Shown here piece by piece: positions 24,301 to 36,300 of a stretch of DNA of 64,000 bases. The position numbers were made by a program, and so were the translations under genes. The number at the start of each line of letters is the position of its first letter. The first letter of the stretch is position 1. The notes beneath the pieces are model-generated. The model ran no database searches. It was given only the letters and a program-made list of their open reading frames with translations, and was not told the origin of the DNA. This stretch comes from Torpedo marmorata. Its lineage: Eukaryota. The stretch lies in assembly GCA_977017645.1 (NCBI GenBank), contig OZ360237.1:44454001-44518000 (forward strand), in the 5' to 3' direction.

Positions 24301-27300
24301 GAAACTCAGCAGGTCAAACAGTGTACTTTATATAGCAAAGATAAAGATACATAATCAACGTTTTGGGCTTGAGCCTTTCATCAAGGTATGAGCAAAATGT
24401 CGGCAGGCGGTAAAACAAAATGGTGGGGGGGGGAGGGGCAGTGTTGGTGTGTCACAGCTTCAGCAACCGAAGTTCAATCTTGAACTCTGACATTGTGTGG
24501 AGTTTGTACATTCTCCCCGTGACTGCGTGGGTTTCCCTCAGCTTCTCTGGGTTCCTCCCATATCCCAAAGGCGTGCTGAATGGTAGGTTAATGCCATAAA
24601 TTACCCTCCACATGGGTGGATGGTTCGGAAAATCAGGGTGAAGTTGATGGGCATGTGCAGGGAAATGCAGAGTAAATGAGCTAAATGCCCTCCTAAATTG
24701 CAAAGAAATATGAATAAAAGAAGTAAATTCCAAATGTATTCCCTTCAAGCATTCCACATTCTGGTTTCTCACCTAAAGGCATTTACTCAAAAGGTTTTGC
24801 AGAGAATAATTGAAGATAGAACATTTCATCCTTGGAGAGCACTGGGCATACAATGTGATTCATTTTCCCAATAATGAAAAGATTTGGCTTCCAGGACCAG
24901 GACTTGTCAGAGTAAAGAGGTTCACTCTCTGGTGGCCTCGTCAACAACCATTAAATCTCTAAACCACAAAGTACTACGTTAGGGTGCATCACTGAGTGGC
25001 ATTGGAACTGCTTCACCCAAGACCACAAGAAACCTTGGAGTGTTGTCGGAGCTGCGGTACCTCCCTCCTCTCCATCTATACTAGTCTACATATTGAATAC
25101 CTGAACTCAAAGGAGGCAGGGTATTACACAGAAGCACAGAGACCATTTAATATCCCCTCGAGCTGCATTTGTTTCAGTCAGAAAAAACCCTCAGTCCTCC
25201 TCCAAAAGGTCTCACATTGATCTAATCAGTATAAATCAAACATATTTTCATACAAATTTACCACTTTTAGACAGAAAATCCACTCGCTTCCTCACAGGTA
25301 ACTTTGTAAAAACAATGAAACATTACCAAATGTGTACTCCAAGTGCTTAAAAAAAACTTAATGATGCTTGCCTTTACTTTTGTAATCATCAAGACAAATT
25401 TAGGAACAGGTGCAAATCTACCATCCCTCAAGCATATTCTATTGTTTGGGGATTTCGTAACTCGGACTTAACTAAGCTACACAAAAACAAATCTCAAGAT
25501 AAAAATATCTACACACAAGTAGAAATCAAACCCAACAACACACGACTAACAACACATTGCAGCAGTTGCTTTTCACCTCAAAAGTCAATCATGAGCAAAC
25601 ACACACCTGGGGTACCCTCAGTAGCTGCATTTCTTCATGGACACCAAAGGTTACCTGTATTAAAAGGCTTTGTTACAAGATCCTTGAATTTATTTATTTT
25701 TTCGCATTTAGAAGTTGTAACACAATGCAAAAGTTCAAACTTAGGGGAATAACCTAAAAGTTTTTATCTGAAATTATATTGCAATGAGAAACTTTTAAAA
25801 GACCAACGAGTGATCGAGCTGGTTTAAAACACCCCCTGCTCCCTTTGCTTATGTCCTTGTCTTTATCAAGAGCAGATGACAGAAACTGGTCAACTGCAAA
25901 TCAGGGAAGCCAAATTTCTCAATAACAGATCAGAAATATAATTGAACAAAAACTGAGCAAATATCTGTTTAAGAAATGTTAAAAAGCAATTTAAATAAGT
26001 GGCAGAACTTGTAAATTTATAAAATGCATATTATGATCATATTACAAAGAATAATCAAAATTTGCTATTCATTTGCCTATCAAACAGAATTAAGCATTAT
26101 TCTAAACATTTAATAGATTAGTTGCTTTTAAACTATATCTAAAACTTTATTTAAAACATTTCCACAATGTTATAACAATTCTTACATGAGGCTGCCCTAA
26201 GCAGTCACCCTTACCTGGTGGAACTCTACTCTGGCACGGAGCTGTGCTCTGTCCTCCAAGTCTTGACAGCGCTCTTCCAACATTAGGATTTGTTCTTGTA
26301 GTCTGTTTCGCTCCACTTCTAACTCTTCGACAACTGCCCTCAGTCCTGCGCAATTATAAAGATATTATTGCAAAACTTTTGAAAATGAAAAGCAAACTGA
26401 ATGTGATCTAGTGCGCTTTAAGTTAGGAAAACACTTGAAGGCTATTACATACAGCATGCTAATTTTCTTGTATTCATTCAAACCCCCTGCTCTGGATTTT
26501 GCTGCAGAATTAATGGTACACACCATCAGCAATCATTGTCATTCAAATATAAATTGAACCACAACTTCGATTGACTTAAACATGAAAATCAGGAAGCAAG
26601 CAGCTCTGGTACTTCAGAAAGTTAACTATATCACCATCTCCCTCGATACCCTGCACGTAAATATATGAAAAATTACAGCATATACACGAAAGCTAAAACA
26701 TCTCCATTCACCAGGTGAGGCTGGGACTTGACCATTCCATAAGACCATAATATCATAAGACATACAGTATACCAGTGGAGTCAGCCCATTTGGCCCAACG
26801 AGTCCACCCCGCCATTCCATCATGGCTGATCTACTATCCTTATTTCAGTGAACAAAAAAAAGAGATCAAATAAAAATGGCTGGTTAGCTCATTCCTTTAG
26901 ATTTTAGGTGGAAATTGATAGTTTTTAAAAAAAAACTTTCTTCTTGTTATCTTTTACTTCTTTCTGAATTCCCTTTTTCTTTCCCTCTTCAGTAAAACCC
27001 CTGTTATCTGGAATTCATGCAAACGGCAAAAAAAAATAGCGGAAAATAAACAGGTAAAAAATATGGAAGTTTAAAATTGGCGCGCCTTGCCGTTAGTTCG
27101 CCAATCACGCAACATGCAATCTCAAGCAACCGTAAAATTCACTTATCCAGCATCTACTAATCCCCATAGGTGCCGGATACTAGGCGTTTTACAGTATATT
27201 GATTTCTGTACCAAATTTGACAACTTACAGACAAAATATTACTTCAGAAACACAAGAACAGCAGATGCTGGAATCTTGAGTGAACAAAGGGAAACTGGAG

Positions 27301-30300
27301 GGACTCAGTCAGTCAGGCACCATCCATGGAGAGTAATGGTCAGGCAATGTGTTTGGTCTTGACCCTTTATCAAGGCTTACTCTCTCAATAAAGGGTTCCA
27401 ACCCAAAACGTTGAATAAACATTTCTCTCCATGGATGCTGCCTTACCGACTGACTCCCTCCACCTTCTATTTGTTCACTTATGATTTCTCCAGTCTGATT
27501 CGTTTTACTCCAGGGCTACTTGGCCAGGTCATGGAGATCCCAAAAGCACCTACAGGGTGTTGGTTCTAGATTTCATCATGTTCCAATGACGAAGCACAGA
27601 AAGTTTGAGGGTAATTTTAAGTGTAATGTATGACTGGCAACATTTGTTTAATGCTGAAAGCAAAGTCCAGTCTGTATTGCAAGTCCATCAGCTAAATGAT
27701 CTGAAGTTAGATTGATAAAACCCTCAACTTAGCTTCACACAAGACTTGTACACAGACAAGCAAGCCTAACAATCATTGCAGATTATAATGCAATCTTTTT
27801 AGAAGCCTGATGCCATCCTGACAGTGTGTTGTGAGGTTTCTTGCTGAGCACCATGTGTGGATTCTTTAATTCTAGGTTTCAGACAGAGCCTATTCTTCCT
27901 CTTTCAAGTTTAGTGAGAGGCGAGAGTTGATGGAGAGTGAAAAAGGCAGAAAGTAACACTAAGAATGCCAAAAAGAGAACATGATGGAGGAAAGTAGCAG
28001 GTAATTTGAAAGAAAAATCAGGATAAAAAATAAACAGCTAATGCGAGGTGAATTGGTGGTGGAGGCTAGAGTGATGGGGAAAAGAGCACAAAAGAAATAA
28101 ATTACCGGTACTTCAGATGCCAAAACTCTAAAATAAAAACAAAAATGTTAAAAAAAAACTCAGTCAGGTAGCATGTACAGAGACAGAATAAATCAAGAGT
28201 TAAGATCCTTTTATCAGTTGTTAAAAGATCATCAATCCTCAATCACTCGACTAGAGTAGCCATTCTCAACCTTTTTTTTGGCTATGTCCACCTCAGGACT
28301 CTGCTCAAAGTTTATGGGCCCCCTTCCCTGTGAAGCAGTCAAGTTTAGTTCGTTTCTTCAAGATTCAATTTATTGTCATAGTTATAAAACAAAGTGTCAT
28401 ATTACATGAAATTTCTTTTTGCCTGCTGCAAGGCAGACAGATTTGCCATCGGCAGAAATTGCCTAAGCGCCTCTAATATTCCTTAGTCAGAGATAGAAGC
28501 AAAAGATAGTCCCCCGAGTCACCGAGTGTCCGTAGATTCGCCTCCAGTGCTTCCGCAGCCACACAGAGTCCAGTCCAAACCATCGGCAACCCGAGCTCCA
28601 GATCCGAACCTCCGACGCGATCAGGAACCCTTCGGCGCCATCGGCACCCCCTCGCATCCCGTTTCTGATACCTGGTACTCTTCCAGCCAGTTCGAGCCAG
28701 TCTCCAGCAGTCCGCAGCCTCAGCGGGTTCCTCGCCTCTAGTTGCCAGCAGCCAGCCGCATGCACTGGTCCTTCAGCCTCAGAGCCCCTCACTGGTCCGC
28801 CGCCGTGGTCATCGGGGGTGATCTTTCCATCCTCTGGTGCCCTGCTCCAGTCCTCCGCTTCCCTCGTGGCTGCTGCCGATTAATAGGAGCTGCCATCTTG
28901 GGCGCAGACCCCCGCGGTCACAGGATCACAAATAAAACCACCGTCGGCTCTCTCAACGGGCCGTTCAAAGCACGTGCGGAGCTGATGGCAGTCGACTGGG
29001 CGGCTGGACCCCGTGGGAGTGCTGCATCTCTGCTCCTTCCGTACTTCTCTCCAACCGACTACATAAAAAATCTTTTATGATTTCACTCAGTGACCTGCCT
29101 TAAATGTGCTCTGGCCCCCGTTGAGAATGGTTGTTCTGGAGGACCTGTGTTTGGAAAAGCAATAAACCATTCAAGGACAAGGAAGAAAGTGGAAGGCAGT
29201 GCGAAGACAGCACATGGAAGAGCCCTAATAAGTTTTTTAAAAATTGAGTAATAATGGTATTATTTAATGGCAAAGGGAGGGGAGAGATTTAAAGACATGA
29301 GGAATCTTTGAAAATATTGGGCAAAGTAGGTGTAGTTTTTCGTTAAGTGCTTAAAGAGCAGAGAAGTGACAGAGAAAAAGATATAGAGTGGCAAGTATGT
29401 GAGACAAGCATTACTTGGGATGTTCAGAGGACAGGTAAGATGGGTGCCCGAAGCAGCCAAGCAGGTAGTATAGGTCTTTTGAGATTAAACTTAGAAAGAG
29501 GAGCAAGTGTACACCACCCAGTTCTTTGTGCCTCCTCAACCATTCATTTGGATCATGGTTGAACTAATTTTGACCTCAACTCTACATTCCTGCCTACACC
29601 AATTAATCTTTCACTCTCTTGCTTAACAAGAATTTACCTACCCATCTTAAAACTATTCTGACTGCAACCATTTCCCTTGGAGAATCTTTGTTGCAAAGGT
29701 TCGCAACCCTCAAAAAAAATTCACCTCATCTCCATCTTAAATGGGAAATCCCTTATTTTTAAGCGATGACCCCAGGTTCGAGATTATCCCTCAGGAAGAA
29801 ATATACTCTCCACATCCACCTGTTAAGAGTCCTCAGGATCTTACAGGTTTCAATCTTTCTAACTCCAGTGGATACAAGCCTACCCTGTGTAACCCTTCTG
29901 ACAAGACAAACAACCCATTTCATGTATTAATCTAACAACCCTTCTCTGAACAACTTCTGAGATTTCTCTTGTGTGAAAATAGGGAAGATTGCAATCGGAA
30001 TGCAGATTGTGCTTTGCCTCCACATTATCGTGGGAGAATCTGGATAGATAAGAATGAGTAACATTACTTCACATTATAGTGCTGATGATGGCATCCCATG
30101 GTAGGATTATGAAAACAAGTGGTCAAACGGTGAGGAGCAGGAATTTTAAAGGGGACTTGAGGATTAAGTTTTTTTTTCACCCCCACAGGGATGGTGAAAT
30201 ATAATACAATAACTCTGTTTAAGGGGTATTTGGACAAGTAGTTGAGGCACTGAAGGATATGGTTCTAATTCAGGCAAATGGATGAGTGCAGATGAATATA

Positions 30301-33300
30301 AAGTTTGGCATGGACGTGGTGGGTCAAAAGTGGGTATTGTAGAGGTGAAAAACAAGTGCGCTCCAATCAAGGAAACAGGTGAATCCATCTGCGAAGGACA
30401 GAAACAAGGGTCTGTATAAAAAATTAAAAAAAGACAAACAGGGAGCAGAAATACAGATTAAGATATGGAAAAGCAGAGGCAATTAGATAAAAAGTCAGAG
30501 GCACGTGGCTATCCAACATGAGAGAATGAGAAATCCACTCCTTAAAAACAACCTTACATTTGAAAATGTTATGCATTCATGTTACGGTAATTTCCTGTCT
30601 CCATAACCTTAATGGAAAGAGAGATCAGGCAAGAAATGTAAAGCACAACTAACCTCAAAGTTACAAATTTCACTGGATATGTGCCAATTTACACAATGCC
30701 TGGGACATAATCTGTATATTTATTTATATTTTGGTGATGTTAAGACAGATATTCAAACAACTGCTTTATAATGAGGTGGTAACACCTTAAGAGCAGGTGG
30801 ATTCTAATATTATTTGTGCTGCACCTAAACCATCTGGCTATACATCTATAACCTTTCTCTACAGTATCTCTAACAATAGCAACACAAACCATTTATTCAC
30901 CATTCTATTTTAATTTTGTACCAGCCGAGCATACAATGAATAGTCAGTTTTGGATTAATTCTCAACTCCTCTGCCTTGTAGTTTCAAAGCCAGTTTGGGC
31001 CCAAATGTGAAAAATACACAATGACACAGATAACTAGCCAGTACTTCCAGCACGCACATGCTCATAATTATTCAATGGGACAATTTAGAGAGGGGGAAGA
31101 AAAAAAATCCAAACTATGCTGACTTTGGTTAGAATGTGCCAATAAACAAAATGGGTTAATTAAACAAATGCAAAGATTGGAAAAAAAAGCAGCACAAGGT
31201 TCACGTGTTGTGCATGCTTTCAATAACTGTCTAGTGGGTATCACACCTGTATGATGGGAACTGTACTCTGGCCACAAACCTCCCAAATTCTCCCCTTCTG
31301 TTGCATCACTGTGATCCACATTAATGCTGGACTCTTCGAAGTGTTGTTTCTCTTCATATTCATAATCACCCTACATAATAATTTTAAAAAAAAATCACAT
31401 TTACTTCTGTGCAGATATATTTACAAAACAGAACAAATCTGCTGCACTGTCAGCACTTTAAACTTTTTGAATGTGGCCACTTGTCATCAGGCAAAACTGA
31501 ATTCAAAAATTGTTCCATCAATGTTTATTTTAAATGTATGGTAAATACTACCCTTGAAAAATTATCTGCTCATCATCAATGTGAACAGAGGAACAAATGG
31601 TGCACACTGGATAGACCCCAATGACAGTTTACACCATTCAGAACAGAACAATTATGAGTGAAAAGTGATGAGAATGTCACAGTGAACTGTCTTTTGGCCG
31701 ATCATGTCTATTCTTGTTCTTTGGGAGAATTATAAAAATACATAATATACAAGAGTAAATTTGGCAAATCACCAAACATTCATCCACTTTCCAGATTTGA
31801 CAGTGATTTCCAAAAGTATACTTCTAAAACAAGCTTGATACAGTGCTTTACCAATGTATTAGGCCAGACATTCCAGTTTAACTTATGACACTGAAAATTA
31901 AGTTAAAGGATTTTCATTTCATCAAATATTTTACACTTGCCATCTCAAAATTACCCAAGTTGCTTCATAACAAAAAACTCTTAATTCAATCATTGCAAAG
32001 TTTAAAATTAATAATACCATAAAATGTCCAGCTAATTCAACACAAAACATCATGTATAAAGTCAGTTTAAATTTAAAAGTTGAAGCCTCCATCACAATCA
32101 CCACATACCTCAAGCTTCTGGCCATCCGTAGTCAGTTTCATCCTTCTTTGATGCTGTCTTAGTCTTTGAAGATCCCCCAGTTCCTCCTCCAGCTCCTGCT
32201 GTCCTGAGACCAATGCTGGATCAGAGCAGCCAGGAAAGAACCAGTCATCCTCAATCAGTTTTGTGCCACAGGAAGACACATCATTCAGAAAGACAGTATG
32301 AACACAGACACAAACACAGAATACGCTGATTGGACCCAGTGGCTTTTGCTACCTCGTGACTTCCCCAAGTAAGGTGCTTCCTTCTGAACAAGCGCTGCCA
32401 CAGTGCTACATAGCTGGCTAATATATTCATTTTTTAAATCTTAAGTGGTAACAGAGCTAAATTTACATCATTGGTATTCTGGAAATAACTAATACTAAAA
32501 CTGATTTATGCATTGATACTATTTTCGATATTGTAGCAGCAGAGGTAATTTGTCAGTTAACCTGCAAACCTACATTACATGTTCTGCAATTACCACAACA
32601 ATTAAAGGAAAAAAATATAATTAATTCTCCCTCCTACTGAAACATTTTAACAAATTTTGGTGAAGTAAATGGCTGATTTACCCTATAATCAGGCAATAAA
32701 TGGATTAAAACAGCTTTACATTTCATTGGTCAGAGTTGTACAACATTGAAGCAGGCCCTTCAGCCCATCATGTCAATGTTGACCATTATGCCTATCTATA
32801 CTGACCCCACTTGGCTGCATTAACTAATGCATTAACAAAAATACTATTTTCTCAAAAATATATCATTGAAAGCTTAACTGGCTGCCTAAAGCAGTGCCAA
32901 ATGTTTAAAAACTGATTAAAGTCTTGAAATAAACAAAACAAAAAATCCAATGAAAGCATATTTTAGTTATGTGGTTTACATCACTTTTGGAGTGGTTATT
33001 TAAAATTAGTAGCAACTAATCTATTAACTGGATTCTACTTTTTTTTTTAATAACTTAGTGTGGCGCTTGACAAGATTTTGTCTGGTAGGCTAGTCCAGAC
33101 GATTAACACGTGGGATCCAAGGCACAGAGGCTAACTGGATCCAAAATTGGCTTGATGATCAGAAGCAGAAAGTAGTGGTGGAAGGATGTTTTCCTGACTG
33201 CAAGTCTATGACCAGCGGTGTACCGGTTCTGGGATCTTTGCTATTTGATTATATATACTAAATACTTGGATGTGAATGGAGGAGATATGATCAGTAAGTT

Positions 33301-36300
33301 TGCAGATGACATAAAAATCAGTAGTGTTGTGGATAGCAAGGAAGTTTGTCTAAGGCTGCAGCAGTATATTGATCAAATGGAAAGTTAGGCAGAGTACTGG
33401 AAGATGGAATTTAATTCTGACAAGTGCAAGGTATGCATGATGGGAAGTCAAATAGGCATAGGAAATATACAGTCAATAGTAGAGCTTTAGGGAACATTGA
33501 TGAACAAAGAGACGTACAGCAGGGTAACAGACCCTTCTGGCCCACGAGCCCATGTCCCCCAAATACACCAATTAACCTATAACCCCCTACAACCCCCATA
33601 TGTTTTGAAGGGTGGGAGAAAAACCAGGGCACCCGGAGGAAACCCATGCAGACACGGGGAGAATGTACAAACTCCTAACAGACAGCACCGGATTCGAACT
33701 CGGGTCGCTGGCGTCGTAATAGTGTCGCACTAACCACTACGCTAACCGTGCCGCCCTGGGGATCCATGTCCATAGTTTCCTGAAAGTGGCAATGCAGGTT
33801 GATACGATGGTGGAGAAGGTATTTGGCATGCTTGCCTTCATAGGTGAGAGCAGAGTTCCTTAAGAGTTGGTTGCAACTTTACAAAAACACTAGTTTGGTT
33901 GCATTTGGAGTATTGTATGCGGGTCCAGTCAGGATGTGACTGCTCTGGAGTGTAGAGAAGATTCAGCAGGATATTGCTTGGATTGGACAATTTTAGTTAT
34001 GTGGAGAAAATGAATAGGCTGGGCTTGGATTCCCAGGCAGAGGCAAGAACCTACAGTATCTATGCTTCTCATCAAATGAGAATCATAGATAGGGTAACAG
34101 CCATTTTTCCCCATGGTCGGGGTACCAAAAGCAAGGCAGCATAGATTTAAGCTGAGAGAAAAGGAGCCTTAAAGGAAATTGGTTGTTTTTTTAAAAAAAA
34201 TACACAGAACTTGATTGATATCTGGAACATGCTGCCAGAGGAGATGATAGAATAAGATATTGTTCCTATATTTAAGAAACAATGAGGCAGACACCCAAAT
34301 AGGCAAGGCACAAATGGATATGAATCTGATGTGGGCAATGGGATTCGTGTCGATGGACAAAAAAGATTGGCACGGGCATGGTGGGTCCAAGGGCCCGTTT
34401 CTCTGCTGTGTGACTTCAATTACAACCCCATACATTTTTTGAAACATTCACTGCCCTCTTAAACCAATTATACAAACGATTCAGGATCCCCTCAAGTGAT
34501 TAAAAGGCTCAAGAGTGTAAAAGAATCTAAGGTATCTACAACCAAGGAGTAAACAACTTACGACTGAAAATTTTTTTGCAGCAGCTAACACAGTTCAGAA
34601 CAAATGTGGCAAAGAAGAATATTCAGATCAAATTAATATAAATTTCCTTTAACTTTGGATAATCGAAAATGTTTTGAGCCAATACTTAAATCGCTTTCTC
34701 AGTCCGTCTAATCGAGTGGAATTGAAAAATGCTGCCTTTCACTGACCATTTTTCCACACATTCAAAAATGTACAAAAGCAGTGTAAGTTCTCTACTTTCT
34801 TCATTAACTGGACCAGCACAATGTAAATGACCTCAAAGAAAACCACCTATTACGATCTACCAATTGTTTTGGTGAGGATTTTCCCTTTTCAGAAATGGAC
34901 TGCCGTCAGGTATCAGTTTATTGGCATGCCTGGTGTCCATCAAACATGACCAGCCAATTGTATTAAATAATTCACACTTAGCACAAATGAGACTAAAAAT
35001 GGAAACAAGAGGACAAAAGTAAATAGAAGCAGGTCTGGAGGACCCCATGGCACCTCAAACCTGTCGCTAACCATTACCTTATCTACCTCAAGCCTAAACT
35101 CCTCCTCTGTGCTGATTACCCTAACCCTAAGCTTTCAAATCGTATCCACTTTCTTATTAAATGCCTCGAATGATCCAGCTCCACAATCTTTCAGGGTAGA
35201 GAATTCCAAAATTCACCACCTTCTCAAATAAGAAATTCTGACACACATCAGTGCCCCTTTATCTTGTAACTATGTTCTCTTGATCAAGACTCTCCCACAA
35301 ATGAAGATGTCTCAATATGGACACTGTCATGCTCCCTTTGGATCTTCACAAGTTTGAATAAGGTCACCCTCTTCTTCTCAGGACTAAAGAACACAGACTC
35401 AATTTCTTTGCTGCTCGTGACAGGACAACCCTCACATCCTTGCAATTGGCCTAGCAATGTGCAAAACCTTTAGCTGCCATTTTAAACATTTTAGTTAAAA
35501 TTAAATAAGGATTGGAACAAGATAAAGGTGTCATATGAAATATAGACTTTTTAAAATTAAAATAATTTTAAAGTGGATTATCTTCTGAAATATTTTTGGA
35601 GGGAATTATCGAATTTTTCTGAAGGGCCATCAGATTATGGTTAGCAAGTGCATATAGTTTGCAAATACAAGGCTGCAAAGCAGAAGTTTGTATCCAAGTG
35701 TTCAGCACACAAGTACAACTTTATGTTTTATATAGTAAACATTAATTGACAACAAATATTTAAACATCACCAGAAAACCTTAAATCTGATATCAACTACC
35801 TTCATAAGTTTTCCATTTCAACACAATAATAGTTCTACCTTGGGGAAACCACTTAGAATAAATGTCACTGGCATATAGACACAAACAGGCTGGACACACA
35901 GTAATCATTAGCTTGTCAATAACAAAAGAGCTTTTGACTTTATGAAGGACAGGAATGCTTAGAGGAAGAATAAACTGAATACAAGTTATAGAGAGGGTGG
36001 GATATAAACTACATGCTAATGCATTTGCCAACTAACTCATTAGCAAATATTAAAAGTGAATTGATTCTGGCAAAAATAATTTTCCCATCTGTTTTGTGAT
36101 TTGGTGTGAGCATTGCAAAAGGTGTTCTATTTAGACTAAACAAAATTGTCTCAACATGCAAAGCAACAAAGAACGCTTAAAGGCAATAATTTAAGATGAC
36201 CTCATGCAAATTAGGTCAAACATTCATCACAGAGCAAAGGTAAAAGCTGCATGGGAAGGATCAGTGGCAAACCATTTTCCATGGGAAATGCTTATTGGCA

